Shown: positions 1 to 10,492, counted from the stretch's first letter. The stretch: DNA of 64,000 bases from an uncultured Candidatus Saccharibacteria bacterium (GCA_964626635.1 CAZVFY010000004.1:530-64529), one strand, 5' to 3'. Notes: generated from the sequence alone by a model not told the origin. Program-made: numbers and translations.

Positions 1-72
1 AAACACGTGTCCTTTCAGGGGAGCCCGAGCCACAATCGTAGAAACGAAAATGGCTCGGGTAGAGGGTGGGAA

Positions 73-348
73 CTATGTGCGTTGATACTGAGGAAGAGTG
101 TAGTCAATTGCCTCGGGGTCTTTCAGTCGACGACCCTGTTCGTCGAACCATCCGTCGGCGACCAAATGTGCAAACTCTTCTGGCGTCACCGCATTCGGCC
201 CAAAACACAAAGTAAGAGCCAAGTAGTTTTTGACTGGGTCACTGGGCTCTCCGGGATTCAAGCGATTACACTCTCGCAATAGCGCCTTGTTTCTTTCTTC
301 TTGCGATGCGTTGGCGGGAAGTCCTAGTTCATCATTGGACACAAACAT
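73..348 (-). CDS. hypothetical protein (91 aa)
   Basis: ORF preceded by SD-like GAGGAG; hairpin at about 24-59 downstream; no recognisable motif. Confidence 0.6.
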   Translation of the reverse strand: MFVSNDELGLPANASQEERNKALLRECNRLNPGEPSDPVKNYLALTLCFGPNAVTPEEFAHLVADGWFDEQGRRLKDPEAIDYTLPQYQRT

Positions 349-373
349 GCATGCTCTCTCCTCAGTTCAAGTT

Positions 374-671
374 TAGTTAGATAGAAAAAGGTGGAGCGGA
401 GTGTGGCAGCACTCCGCAGGTTACTGGTCAGACTGGACGCGGCGAGTGTGGTTCGATCGAGTCCATCATCAGCTCGTTAAGTTCTTCTAGAGGAAGTTCC
501 TCTTCCTCTCTATTTTCAGGCGCTAGATCAAAGTTTGGCAGATTTCCTTCCCCTGCTTCGTATGCTTCGATCATTTGCGCCAATACATGATCCATGAAGT
601 CTCTCCCTGATAGCATGGTGGTCACCCGCGGCCTGTCCGCGAGTGTTCATCCACCTTTTTCTATCTAACTA
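374..671. repeat. perfect 22-bp inverted repeat pair (374-395 / 650-671) enclosing a small ORF; MITE-like or long-range RNA stem
   Basis: TAGTTAGATAGAAAAAGGTGGA and its exact reverse complement TCCACCTTTTTCTATCTAACTA. Confidence 0.85.
428..595 (-). CDS. small acidic hypothetical protein (55 aa)
   Basis: ATG at 595 preceded by GGGAGAG; MDHVLAQMIEAYE... Confidence 0.5.
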   Translation of the reverse strand: MDHVLAQMIEAYEAGEGNLPNFDLAPENREEEELPLEELNELMMDSIEPHSPRPV

Positions 672-682
672 CAAATATTTTT

Positions 683-1129
683 TTATATACCTTTCAACGT
701 TCGATCTATATCGCGTTTGACGGCTCGCTGCTTGAGCGTTTCGCGCTTATCCGCTTTCTTTTTACCACGTGCAAGAGCAACCGACAACTTAATTTTTCCA
801 TTTTTATTATAAAATGAAAGTGGCACTATTGTCAACCTATTAGCGTGTGTCTCACGTTCTAGGGTAGCGATTTCTTTTGCCTTTAGTAATAGTGTGCGGG
901 GGCGTTCTGGTTCATAGTTAGCAGGAGTATTGGCAACCTGGTATGGACTAACGCTTGCACCTAATAATGTGGGCACACTATCGTATATCCGTATGTATGC
1001 ACCCTCGAGCTTGCCTTTGCCGGCACGAATGGATTTGACCTCGCTACCGGACAATACGATGCCTGCTTCGAAGGTGTCGAGAATTTCATAATCAAACCTG
1101 GCTTTTCGATGGCGGATAAAAGTGGTCAT
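683..1129 (-). CDS. smpB: SsrA-binding protein SmpB
   Basis: KARFDYEILDTFEAGIVLSGSEVKSIR, ARGKKKADKRE; start trimmed to ATG 1129. Confidence 0.97.
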   Translation of the reverse strand: MTTFIRHRKARFDYEILDTFEAGIVLSGSEVKSIRAGKGKLEGAYIRIYDSVPTLLGASVSPYQVANTPANYEPERPRTLLLKAKEIATLERETHANRLTIVPLSFYNKNGKIKLSVALARGKKKADKRETLKQRAVKRDIDRTLKGI

Positions 1130-1214
1130 GCGTGCGACCCAGCATACCAGACCAGGCTGGTTCGGGGAATAGATTTTGGCTAGCGTCAAGACGCTTTTTC
1201 TGTATAATGCGACA

Positions 1215-3377
1215 ATGACAAAATCCAATCACACCCCGTCTACACCTGACCAGTTGAACGAGCAGACAGCTGACCCAGTTGTGAAGAATGAAACGACTGA
1301 GCCGATTCTTGCCACTGATAACAAACCTACCAGCGAAACTGATAATAAAGAAGAACCTAAGGTTGCTCCAAAACCAAAACCCAAAACGCGCATCCCCAAG
1401 CCAGCTGACGGCCTGCGCCGCGTGCGGCAGCAGATGCCGCTAGGGCCGGGCAATTTCTGGAACAATATGCTGTCGCTCGTGCTGCTGCTGGTGTTTGTAA
1501 TGCTGGCATTGTCGTTCTTCAGTGATAGTCAACAGACACCAGAAGAGCTGACCCTCTCGCAAGTGGTCGAACAAATCCAGGCCGGTGAGGTCAGCAACAT
1601 TATTGTGCGCGGCTCAAACCTCGAGGTAAATTACAACGAGGAAGGTCGTAATCCCGGCGAAGCCCGTCGCGAGATCGATGCGTCTGTGACCGAATCGCTC
1701 AGCAATTTGGGTGTGACGCCGGAACAATTAGTGGCAGTGCAGATTGATGTCCAGCGCGAAACTGGTCTCGGGTACTGGCTGGGCGTATTTGCGCCGTTCT
1801 TATTCCCGTTACTATTTTTAGGAATTATCATCTGGTTTTTCCTACGGACGGCCAAGGGGGCGGGCATGCAAGCGCTTAATTTTGGCAACAGCAAAGCGCG
1901 CATGATCGACCCAGAGGACAACAAAAACAAAGTCACCTTTAAGGATGTCGCTGGCGCCAAAGAAGCCAAGCGCGAACTTGAGGAGATCGTTGATTTTCTT
2001 AAGAACCCGAAAAAGTTCCTCGACATCGGCGCCGAGATCCCCAAGGGTGTCATGATGATGGGTTCACCAGGAACCGGTAAGACCTTGCTGGCGCGCGCGG
2101 TGGCGGGTGAAGCGGGCGTGCCGTTTTTCTCGATCAGTGGATCGGAATTCGTCGAGATGTTCGTCGGCGTTGGTGCCTCACGCGTACGAGACCTATTTAA
2201 TATGGCCAAAAAGAGCGCGCCAGCAATCATCTTCATCGACGAGATTGATGCTGTCGGCCGTATGCGTGGTTCAGGTATGGGCGGTGGTAACGATGAGCGC
2301 GAGCAAACGCTCAACCAGATTTTAGTCGAGATGGATGGCTTTGAACCAAATGCTAAAGTCATCGTGATGGCGGCGACGAACCGGCCAGACGTGCTCGACT
2401 CGGCGTTATTGCGACCGGGGCGATTTGACCGCCGGGTCACTATCGACCTACCAGACCGGGGTGACCGCGTCGAGATTCTCAAGGTTCACGCTAAAAAGAA
2501 GCCGTTACAGGACGATGTGAATCTAGAAGTCGTCGCGCAGCGGACGCCGGGTTTCTCGGGTGCGGATCTGTACTCGCTTATGAACGAAGCTGCCATCTTG
2601 GCCGCGCGCGAAAAACGCCAAAAAGTCGGACAGTTCGACATTATTCGCTCGATCGAAAAAGTCATGCTCGGCCCCGAGCGCAAGTCCCACGTACTCAGCA
2701 AGCACGAAAAGTTAGTCACCGCGTACCACGAAGTCGGCCACGCGCTAGTGGCGTCAGTCTTGCCGTACGCCGACCCAGTCCAAAAGATCAGTATCATCAG
2801 TCGTGGCCGTGCAGCTGGCTACACGCTCAAGCTGCCTGATCAAGACCGCCGCATGCACACCAAAAAAGAGTTCATGGATGATATCGCCATGACGCTCGGG
2901 GGGTACGTAACCGAAAAGCTTGTGTTCGGCGATCTCTCGACTGGACCGAGTAACGATTTGCAGGTCGTTGCAAACCTCGCCCGTGACATGGTCACAAAAT
3001 ACGGTATGAGCGACTCGCTCGGGCCGATCGCCCTCGAGGGTACAGGCGGCCGGATGCTCGGTGGCGGTGAAAGTGTTGATCGGGGCTACAGTCCGCAGGT
3101 GGCCAAGGCGATTGATGACGAAGTGACTGCCATCATCGAGTTAGGTAAGCAAGAAGCGTCAGCCGTACTGACTAAATACCGCGTTGCTCTCGACAAGATC
3201 TCTGAACGATTGGTCGAAGTTGAGACCATGGAGCGGGAGGAGTACGAAGGCCTGCTCAAGCAACACGGCGTGCCGATCAACGATGCCTTTGAGGCCATCT
3301 ACGGTGAACCACGAACTAGCGAAGACCCGACTCGTGGCCTCGAAGTCCGCCCTGGCGAAGGCGCGAGCGCCAAGTAG
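1215..3377 (+). CDS. ftsH: ATP-dependent zinc metalloprotease FtsH
   Basis: 2 TM segments, Walker [20 protein letters not shown] zinc motif; TATAAT just upstream of ATG 1215. Confidence 0.98.
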   Translation: MTKSNHTPSTPDQLNEQTADPVVKNETTEPILATDNKPTSETDNKEEPKVAPKPKPKTRIPKPADGLRRVRQQMPLGPGNFWNNMLSLVLLLVFVMLALSFFSDSQQTPEELTLSQVVEQIQAGEVSNIIVRGSNLEVNYNEEGRNPGEARREIDASVTESLSNLGVTPEQLVAVQIDVQRETGLGYWLGVFAPFLFPLLFLGIIIWFFLRTAKGAGMQALNFGNSKARMIDPEDNKNKVTFKDVAGAKEAKRELEEIVDFLKNPKKFLDIGAEIPKGVMMMGSPGTGKTLLARAVAGEAGVPFFSISGSEFVEMFVGVGASRVRDLFNMAKKSAPAIIFIDEIDAVGRMRGSGMGGGNDEREQTLNQILVEMDGFEPNAKVIVMAATNRPDVLDSALLRPGRFDRRVTIDLPDRGDRVEILKVHAKKKPLQDDVNLEVVAQRTPGFSGADLYSLMNEAAILAAREKRQKVGQFDIIRSIEKVMLGPERKSHVLSKHEKLVTAYHEVGHALVASVLPYADPVQKISIISRGRAAGYTLKLPDQDRRMHTKKEFMDDIAMTLGGYVTEKLVFGDLSTGPSNDLQVVANLARDMVTKYGMSDSLGPIALEGTGGRMLGGGESVDRGYSPQVAKAIDDEVTAIIELGKQEASAVLTKYRVALDKISERLVEVETMEREEYEGLLKQHGVPINDAFEAIYGEPRTSEDPTRGLEVRPGEGASAK

Positions 3378-3414
3378 TGGCATTGCTATTACAGCAAACG
3401 ACAAAATAGCGCAG

Positions 3415-4104
3415 TTACTGCGCTGTTTTGATATCCGTAATTACCCCGTCAGACATCTCGATGATGCGGTCACACCCCCGAGCGTATTCGGCTTCGTGGG
3501 TGACCATCACGACGGTTTGGCCTTGGTCGTGCAAATCTTTGAGAAGACTCACAACCTGAGTTCCGGATACCGAGTCCAGGTTTGCGGTTGGCTCGTCAGC
3601 AAACAGGATGCTCGGCGTCCCCGCAATGGCACGCGCGATCGATACGCGCTGCTGTTGACCGCCGGACAACTCGGCCGGAAGGTTGCGGTATCGGTCAGAC
3701 AGGTCGACACCATTGAGGGCAGTTCGGGCCAGGTCACGCGCCTCTCCTCGTGTGTGGCCACGCATCAGGAGGGGGAGCATGACGTTCTCTTCGGCTGACA
3801 GGTCTGGCACAAGCGCATAATTTTGGAACACGTACCCCAGTGTCTTGAGACGAAAGGATGTTTGCTCCGACTCGCTCAGTTCGAGGACATTGGTGCCTTG
3901 TACCGTCAAAGTGCCAGTATTGGGTGTATCCAGGAGTGAGACTTGGTACATCAAAGTAGACTTACCCGCGCCGGACTTACCCATAATCGCGACGAATTCG
4001 CCTTGCTTGATGGTGATATCGATGCCCTTGAGGACCTCGGTCACAACGGGGCCATCGTAGAACGTGCGCGTGATATTGTGTGCTTCAATTACGTTCATAG
4101 ACAA
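3415..4104 (-). CDS. ABC transporter ATP-binding protein (LolD/MacB family)
   Basis: GKSGAGKST, LSGGQQQR, ADEPT, VTHE. Confidence 0.95.
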   Translation of the reverse strand: MSMNVIEAHNITRTFYDGPVVTEVLKGIDITIKQGEFVAIMGKSGAGKSTLMYQVSLLDTPNTGTLTVQGTNVLELSESEQTSFRLKTLGYVFQNYALVPDLSAEENVMLPLLMRGHTRGEARDLARTALNGVDLSDRYRNLPAELSGGQQQRVSIARAIAGTPSILFADEPTANLDSVSGTQVVSLLKDLHDQGQTVVMVTHEAEYARGCDRIIEMSDGVITDIKTAQ

Positions 4105-4107
4105 ATG

Positions 4108-5355
4108 TTATTTACGGCCAAGAATGGCGTCAAGGGTATTTTGGCGCACGATAATCCATGCCGGCAAGAAGCCAGCCGCCAGCGTAATCACAAACAGAGC
4201 TATGAACCGATACAGTGTGCCAATCGGTTCGGCCACGAGGATGCCGTCACTAAAGGGGAAGTCAATTGGGTTAAGATCAAAATATCCGACCAGAAAACCG
4301 TACGTGATTAACACACCCAGCGCCGATCCGGCCAATGCATAGAACGCCGCTTGGATCACGTAGGCAATCTGGATGGCTTGTTGTTTGATGCCGATGCCTT
4401 TGAGGATCCCGATCTGCTGGCGGCGCGAGATTGCGTTGATAAAAATAATAATAAAGATCGTGATTGATGCCACTACCAGTCCGATCGAGCCGATCAGAGT
4501 CCCGAGGACATTAAAGGTATTGCGCAAGTCTTGGATGAACTTTGGCTTGGCTTCGTCGTAGGTTTGGATTTTAGCTTGCTCGTCTAACGCAAGCGCAACC
4601 AGCTCGGCTTTGACCTCGTCCGCACTGAATGCAGGGTCAACGCGCATGACAATCTCGTCAGCATCAACCGTAGTCCGACCAAATAGTCGCCTAAATTCTC
4701 GTTCGGGGAGGTAGGTGTTCAGCGATACTTCGTCGACCTTGGATTGGATAATGCCTTTGACAATTAGCTCTTTGGATATGTCACCCGCGGTCAGGCGCAC
4801 GGTGTCGCCCGGACCCACGCCCGAAAGGGAATCGAACACATCACCAAACTGTTCGGCGTACTCTTCGATGTAGTACGATCCGACTAAAATATATCCAGAT
4901 TCTTGATCATCTAGATAGTCACCGTCAAGCAATTTTTCTGATAAGCCCGTCATCGCCTCTTCGTCGGTGGGATTGATGCCAGTCACTCTGACGTTCGCGA
5001 TATCGCGTTCACCGGTCAGGTCGCGACGGGATTTATAGTTCGCTTCAAGTGTGCCGGCCGCTTCGTAGCGGACCGACTGCGCGGTTATTTCTGGAAATTG
5101 TTCAAGGTTATTGACAATGGTGGCGGTATCCAAAATTCGAGTTTCTCCGTCCAGTGGCGTAATAATTAGGTCTCCAATCGATTCGGCCCGTACTGCATTT
5201 TCTGCACCCGCGATCAAACCGACCAGAATACCCGAGACAGCGATCAAATTAAGGAACGTCAACGTCATCACGAACACGATTAAGGTAGTCGTCCAAATAC
5301 TCGCACGTTGAATCTGTCGAAAGCCCAGCAAAAAACCAATGCGGAGAGAACGCAT
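4108..5355 (-). CDS. ABC transporter permease (FtsX/MacB/LolE family)
   Basis: N-terminal TM, large external loop, 3 C-terminal TMs, RRQQIGILKGIG. Confidence 0.92.
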   Translation of the reverse strand: MRSLRIGFLLGFRQIQRASIWTTTLIVFVMTLTFLNLIAVSGILVGLIAGAENAVRAESIGDLIITPLDGETRILDTATIVNNLEQFPEITAQSVRYEAAGTLEANYKSRRDLTGERDIANVRVTGINPTDEEAMTGLSEKLLDGDYLDDQESGYILVGSYYIEEYAEQFGDVFDSLSGVGPGDTVRLTAGDISKELIVKGIIQSKVDEVSLNTYLPEREFRRLFGRTTVDADEIVMRVDPAFSADEVKAELVALALDEQAKIQTYDEAKPKFIQDLRNTFNVLGTLIGSIGLVVASITIFIIIFINAISRRQQIGILKGIGIKQQAIQIAYVIQAAFYALAGSALGVLITYGFLVGYFDLNPIDFPFSDGILVAEPIGTLYRFIALFVITLAAGFLPAWIIVRQNTLDAILGRK

Positions 5356-5358
5356 ACA

Positions 5359-6852
5359 CTATGGTGCTACCACCGACGTACGTACCGGGATTCCCGTAAT
5401 GGCGGTGTACCCGTCGGTACCACGGAGGATAGTAGTAACGCTAGTCGAACCAAGGGTGTTATCGGGCAGAACGGTAATAACGGTATCGTCAATCACAAAC
5501 CGGCTTGGCAGTCGCAGGGCATCTTGCACTTCCTTAATAATTAATTCTACGTCAGCGTTCAGACCACTGCGTAGCCAGTCAGGTCGCTCATTCATCGTAA
5601 TCGTTGCTTCATAATAGGCGACCCCATCGATCACCGTGGGTGAGAGAGAAATAAAGTCCACCCGGCCCAGCAGCACTTCCTCGTCATTGGTATCAAACAC
5701 CATGCGGGCTTGCTGCCCAGTGCGGATGCGACTCACGTCTAATTCTGGGACCCGAATGGACATGGTAAAAGTGCCGGTGCCGACCAAGGTTAGGATAGGC
5801 GCCGTGGTGACAGCCTCGCCCACACTGGTGTTTATATCACTGATCGTGCCAGCAAAGGGAGCAAATAACTGACGATCTATATTGAGGGCGTCAGTCCGCG
5901 CTACTCGCGCGCGAGCACTGGCAACATCAGCGTTGGCGCGTGCGATCGTTTCGGGCCGGGCGGTGATAGTTTCTGCCGTGGCCTGGCTGTTGGCAAGTGC
6001 CAAGGCCTGCTCGGCATTGCTGACGGCAGTGTCAGCGGCAGTGATCGCAATTTCAAGCGCGTTACGGTTTTGGATATAGCGTGCACCTTCTTGGTTTGGC
6101 ACGGCGATCAACCAGTCAGAGTTGCCGTACCTCCCGCCGGCAGTAAACTGTGCGCGCAAGCCACACGACCCAAATGACACCGGCTGCGTGAACGACACCA
6201 CGAATGTACCCGACTCTAATCCACTGTACCGCACAGAGTAACCAGTGTCTGAACCAGATCGATAGACTTCTAGATTATACGATCCCTCGGCCTGGCAGCG
6301 ATAGGTGCCGGTGATCATTGGGGCAGGGACGGTTTCTTCTGGGTCGACGGTCACCGCGACCAAATCCGTCGATAATAATGTCCGCCGCGCTGCTGCGATC
6401 GCTTCGGCTTGGGTGCGTCTGGTGTTCGTGAGGTTCAGTTCGCTTTGCGCGACTGTGTCAGTAATGGACTGGCGGGTGCTGTCGGTGGGTCCGGCCAGTA
6501 GCTCGTCACGTGCGGCCTCGGCCCGTGCGAGGCCGGCGACCGCTTCGGCCCGGTCGGCGGCGTAACTATTATTGGTAAGACTCGCGAGTAGCTGCCCCTC
6601 GGCGACCTCGTCACCAGCTTGTACCGCCACTTGGGCAATAATACCGGGGTTATTAAATCCTAACAGTACTTCGTTCTGCGCCTCTAACACACCCGACACC
6701 AAAATACTGTCACGCACTGTCCCGGTATCGACGGTGGCTATAATTCGTTCTTCTGGAGTATTCCGAGCCAGCAATACGTTTAGCGCCACCACTGTCACAA
6801 TAATCCCGCCCGCTAGGGCAATATATGTGCGAGGCGAAGTGAGTAATTTCAT
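5359..6852 (-). CDS. efflux transporter membrane-fusion (adaptor) subunit
   Basis: N-terminal anchor, lipoyl half-motifs (VQAGDEVAEGQLLA, APFAGTI), coiled coil; operon with ABC genes; start trimmed to 6852. Confidence 0.9.
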   Translation of the reverse strand: MKLLTSPRTYIALAGGIIVTVVALNVLLARNTPEERIIATVDTGTVRDSILVSGVLEAQNEVLLGFNNPGIIAQVAVQAGDEVAEGQLLASLTNNSYAADRAEAVAGLARAEAARDELLAGPTDSTRQSITDTVAQSELNLTNTRRTQAEAIAAARRTLLSTDLVAVTVDPEETVPAPMITGTYRCQAEGSYNLEVYRSGSDTGYSVRYSGLESGTFVVSFTQPVSFGSCGLRAQFTAGGRYGNSDWLIAVPNQEGARYIQNRNALEIAITAADTAVSNAEQALALANSQATAETITARPETIARANADVASARARVARTDALNIDRQLFAPFAGTISDINTSVGEAVTTAPILTLVGTGTFTMSIRVPELDVSRIRTGQQARMVFDTNDEEVLLGRVDFISLSPTVIDGVAYYEATITMNERPDWLRSGLNADVELIIKEVQDALRLPSRFVIDDTVITVLPDNTLGSTSVTTILRGTDGYTAITGIPVRTSVVAP

Positions 6853-6934
6853 ACTAGAATTATACCGCCCGCGAGGAATCAAAATAGAACTTATCAGCGT
6901 TATAGAACGTGACAGTTTCAAACTGCTGGTTGTG

Positions 6935-7011
6935 TGGTCCGCCAGCCAGGATTCGAACCTGGGACCACGGAGGTATAAGCTCCGCGCTCTAACCAACTGA
7001 GCTACTGGCGG
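6935..7011 (-). tRNA. tRNA-Ile (anticodon TAT/UAU)
   Basis: CCGCCAG/CTGGCGG acceptor stem, GCTC/GAGC D stem, CGGAG-CTTATAC-CTCCG anticodon arm, CCAGG-TTCGAAT-CCTGG T arm, A73 plus encoded CCA. Confidence 0.93.
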
Positions 7012-7131
7012 ATACGAACATAAAGCACAACGTTCATTTTATTCTGCTACGTTATGCGCAATCAAAGAATTTATTTTCTCAGATAGGTTCGCGAAACACT
7101 ATACCGTAATTTGTACTGTTTTGCTTGCTCG

Positions 7132-7395
7132 CTAGTTTTTTTGCTCATTTTCATCTAAATCGAGCGCTGCATCAGTCGCTCGACTAGTACGCAACAGAAC
7201 GAATATCAATACGATCACTAGCACGGTAATCGCGCTCGACACGATCAGTTCTGACCAAATATCATTCGCCTCGTCGGGCAACACTTCTTTCATCAAACTG
7301 ACTAGTGTGTCACGCCAGGTCAGCGCAGCCGCAAAGGTAAACGCGCTGATCAATGCTTCGAACATCCGATCTTTTATTTCTTTTGTAATAACCAT
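7132..7395 (-). CDS. small 2-TM membrane protein (DUF5654-like)
   Basis: LISAFTFAAALTWRD motif followed by a second TM. Confidence 0.75.
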   Translation of the reverse strand: MVITKEIKDRMFEALISAFTFAAALTWRDTLVSLMKEVLPDEANDIWSELIVSSAITVLVIVLIFVLLRTSRATDAALDLDENEQKN

Positions 7396-7437
7396 GTACA
7401 GATAGTAACATTTGTACATCATTGCATGCAACCGGAG

Positions 7438-9618
7438 TTATTCCATGTGCAGTGCTTCGCCAATGTTGGCGACTCGTTCAACGATGAACGGAAATTGTTT
7501 CTGTAAGTCTGGATGGGTTCGCACCAGATGCTGCGCCTCATTGCGTGCGGCTTCGACCAGACGTAAATTGCGGATGGCTTCCATGCCTAGGTCAGACAGG
7601 CCCGACTGCTTGCCGCCGTACAACTCACCCGAGCCACGGAACTCGAGGTCGTGCTCGGCCAGCTCGAAACCGTTGGCGGCAGTCGCTAGTGCCTTGAGGC
7701 GGTCGCTGGTTTTCTCGGACTTGCTCTCGGTAACGGCAAAACAATACGGCTGGTGCGTCCCGCGGATGACACGCCCGCGCAGTTGGTGTAACTGTGACAG
7801 TCCAAAACGTTCGGCACCCTCGATGATGATGTTGGTGGCATTAGGTACGTTGACGCCGACCTCGACCACGCTAGTGGCGACCAGCACGTCGATCTGGTGG
7901 TCATTAAATGCTTGCATGACAGCGTCTTTTTCGGCTGGTGTCATGCGGCCGTGGAGGACACCGATACGGTACTCGCTGAACTCGGACTCACCAAGGCGTT
8001 TGGCTTCGGCGGTCACTGATTTCATATTCAGGGCGGTAAGTTTGTCAGGGTCAGGTTCGTCAATGCGCGGACAAATGATATACGCCTGGCGACCCGCGGC
8101 TAGTTCGCTGCGGACGTGTGCGTACATGTCGGCCTGCTGCCCGGGGCCGATGACTTTGGTAATAACGGGCTTGCGCCCGGCGGGCATTTCGTCGAGCAGG
8201 GTAATGTCGAGGTCACCATAGATAGTGAGTGCGAGGGTGCGGGGAATTGGTGTCGCGGTCATGCTGAGGAGGTGCGGTATGCGGGCGTCTTTTTTTGCCA
8301 ACTGTTTGCGTTGATTGGTGCCGAACCGGTGTTGCTCGTCAATGATGACATAGGCAAGGTGCTTAAATTCAACTGATTTATAAATAAGCGCGTGCGTACC
8401 GATCAGGATCGGCACCTCACCATTTTTGACCCATTTCAGTAACTGCGCGCGCGAGATCTTGGTCGGTTTAGTTGGGTCGGTTTTGCTCGGGAACTTGTAA
8501 CAGCCGCTACCAGTGATCAGGCCGAGCTGGATCGGGAGGTGGTGAAAGTATTCGATGAATGATTCGAAGTGCTGCTTGGCGAGGATTTCGGTTGGGGCCA
8601 TGTAGGCGACTTGGAGGTTGCCATATTCAATTTTCTTGCCCGTTCCTTCTGGCGGCCGCGATGTTGCGACGGCGTAGGCGGTGGTCGCTGCAACGGCCGT
8701 TTTACCCGAGCCTACGTCACCTTCAAGTAGGCGGGACATGGCGTGGTTACCCCCAAAATCATCCAAGATCGCCTTGATAGATTTCTGCTGACTACCGGTT
8801 AGCGAGAAGGGGAAGCGGTCAGTGAACGCCGCCAAGTGATCATCGTCAGTCTGAAACGAGTACGTAGTCGCTGCGTTGGCGGCAGCGCGGTTCTGGGCGT
8901 TTTGGATTTGAATATAAAATACTTCCTCAAACGCGAATCGCTTGCGAGCGACCTCGGCGTCTTTGGCTTTTTTTGGGGCGTGGATCATCGGGAAGGCGCG
9001 ATCGAGCGTCGGCAGGTGGTACTTATCGAGGATCGCGGCCGGTATCGGGTCGACCAGAGTGGTGTGCACGTTTTTTTCAAAACACTTTAGGATGGTGTGA
9101 TAAATCCACTTGCTCGTGATGCCTTTGGTTTCGCGATAGACGGGATAGAACGTGTCGTCCATTTGTTCTGATCCAGCAAATATGTTGTCGTGACGGTCGA
9201 TTGGCAAGCTGTCGAGTTTTTCAACCTCGGGGTTCGATAGGTACAGCTTGCCGTCGCTGCCAGCGACTTTCCCGGCCAGTTTGACGTACATGCCGTCGAC
9301 ATACATTTTGGCCATGTACGGCTGGTTGAACCACATGATCTTAATTTTGGCCGAGCCGTCCTCGACATAGCCTTCGGCGATGGGGCGCTTACTTTTCCAC
9401 GCTTTGCGAGTCTTGAGGCCAGATAGCTGCCCGTACACCACGGCCTGTTGGTCTTTGACTAGTCCGTCGACTGACTGGATATCGGCAATGTTTTCGTAGC
9501 GGGCGGGCAGGTGATACAAGAGATCCGCGACGGTCACGATCCGCAATCGCTTTAGCGCTTTTTGGTGGGCTGCGCCTACACGGACGTGGGAGGCGAGGGG
9601 GTCGGAGAGTTGCATCAC
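7438..9618 (-). CDS. recG: ATP-dependent DNA helicase RecG
   Basis: wedge domain, GDVGSGKT, DEQHRFG, TATPIPRTL, QLRGRV. Confidence 0.98.
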   Translation of the reverse strand: MMQLSDPLASHVRVGAAHQKALKRLRIVTVADLLYHLPARYENIADIQSVDGLVKDQQAVVYGQLSGLKTRKAWKSKRPIAEGYVEDGSAKIKIMWFNQPYMAKMYVDGMYVKLAGKVAGSDGKLYLSNPEVEKLDSLPIDRHDNIFAGSEQMDDTFYPVYRETKGITSKWIYHTILKCFEKNVHTTLVDPIPAAILDKYHLPTLDRAFPMIHAPKKAKDAEVARKRFAFEEVFYIQIQNAQNRAAANAATTYSFQTDDDHLAAFTDRFPFSLTGSQQKSIKAILDDFGGNHAMSRLLEGDVGSGKTAVAATTAYAVATSRPPEGTGKKIEYGNLQVAYMAPTEILAKQHFESFIEYFHHLPIQLGLITGSGCYKFPSKTDPTKPTKISRAQLLKWVKNGEVPILIGTHALIYKSVEFKHLAYVIIDEQHRFGTNQRKQLAKKDARIPHLLSMTATPIPRTLALTIYGDLDITLLDEMPAGRKPVITKVIGPGQQADMYAHVRSELAAGRQAYIICPRIDEPDPDKLTALNMKSVTAEAKRLGESEFSEYRIGVLHGRMTPAEKDAVMQAFNDHQIDVLVATSVVEVGVNVPNATNIIIEGAERFGLSQLHQLRGRVIRGTHQPYCFAVTESKSEKTSDRLKALATAANGFELAEHDLEFRGSGELYGGKQSGLSDLGMEAIRNLRLVEAARNEAQHLVRTHPDLQKQFPFIVERVANIGEALHME

Positions 9619-9761
9619 TCTTGATCATACCGCAAACACGGCTAGTTGCGACGTGCTTCATTTCTATAGTTGTCCCCGCCAGCGCTTGCATCTCTACAAA
9701 TGTTCGGGTATAAAGAAAGGACCGGAGGCAATCACGCCAATGGACAACCAAGGAGTTCGCT

Positions 9762-9941
9762 ATGCGACATCCCAGCACCTTCACATCGTCCGGGTCGACC
9801 TTTTCGCACGCCGCCGTGACCCACGCGCCCGCCGACTCGCATCGCGGCAGCCCCGGCCACAGCGCGACGCACCTGCGCGGCGTCAAGACGGCCAAGATCG
9901 ACGGCGCCGACGCGACCAGCCTGCAGGACATGACCTGCTGA
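9762..9941 (+). CDS. putative small GC-rich protein (59 aa, below the ORF-track cutoff)
   Basis: AGGAG 7 nt before ATG 9762; MRHPSTFTSSGSTFSHAAVTHAPADSHRGSPGHSATHLRGVKTAKIDGADATSLQDMTC; promoter-like TTGCAT-17-TATAAA at 9686-9714. Confidence 0.5.
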   Translation: MRHPSTFTSSGSTFSHAAVTHAPADSHRGSPGHSATHLRGVKTAKIDGADATSLQDMTC

Positions 9942-10006
9942 ACGGTGACCGCCGGCGGGCTGGACATCCCGCCAATTACCGCGACGAGGAGTCGCACTTG
10001 TCCTGA

Positions 10007-10090
10007 GGGGAGTCGCTTCGGCGACTCCCCAACACACCACCGCTCACCCGAGCAACAGTACATCCGATTTCCAGCGAACGCTGGTTTTTT
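10007..10090 (+). terminator. 10-bp hairpin with C(UUCG)G loop (10007-10030) and intrinsic terminator-like hairpin plus T tract (10071-10090)
   Basis: GGGGAGTCGC-TTCG-GCGACTCCCC; CCAGC-GAAC-GCTGG-TTTTTT. Confidence 0.65.
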
Positions 10091-10257
10091 ATTTATACGA
10101 AAAATTGCCAGTTGTTTCCACGTAACGATGGGGAGGTGGTACGAGGTTTTGCAGACAACCGTGTGAGGCGCTTTTTTATCACTGTGTTTACAACATACGT
10201 ACAGTTTGATACATTGTCCCTTTCATCGAATGGATGGCGTACATTTTGGAGGAATAC

Positions 10258-10350
10258 ATGCCGTTGGATACCCCGCCCGCATGGTGGCAAGAAGCCTATG
10301 GTTCGCGTCGACCGCCGCGCGGATCGAGTCAATCGCCGTTCACGGCATAA
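10258..10350 (+). CDS. putative 30-aa peptide
   Basis: GGAGG 5 nt before ATG; MPLDTPPAWWQEAYGSRRPPRGSSQSPFTA; promoter-like TTTACA-17-TACATT (10187-10215); hairpin 10365-10392 plus T run. Confidence 0.45.
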   Translation: MPLDTPPAWWQEAYGSRRPPRGSSQSPFTA

Positions 10351-10492
10351 GCTGCTTGAGCGGCCCGGCGCGCATCAAATGATGTGCGCCGGCCTTTTCA
10401 TTAGAGCTTTGCACCACAGCTATTTACAAATACTAAAATTAATGTATATTTAGGTGTCGCCAATCCGGCGATATAGCACCAAGGAGGTCTTT

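Noticed and set aside
350-682. tmRNA next to smpB
   Set aside because: No GGGG 5' end or T-arm/acceptor 3' end recognised.
1631-2482. Long antisense ORFs over ftsH (similarly over recG, gdhA, ligA)
   Set aside because: Shadows of GC-biased codon usage on the opposite strand.
6853-6996. N-terminal extension of the efflux adaptor ORF
   Set aside because: It runs through the tRNA-Ile gene; ATG 6852 has a -10 box and is followed by the membrane anchor.
9653-10453. Track ORFs 9653-10006, 9389-10063 and 10112-10453
   Set aside because: Arg-rich off-frame translations that cross promoter-like or hairpin sequence; the SD-led frames at 9762 and 10258 fit better.
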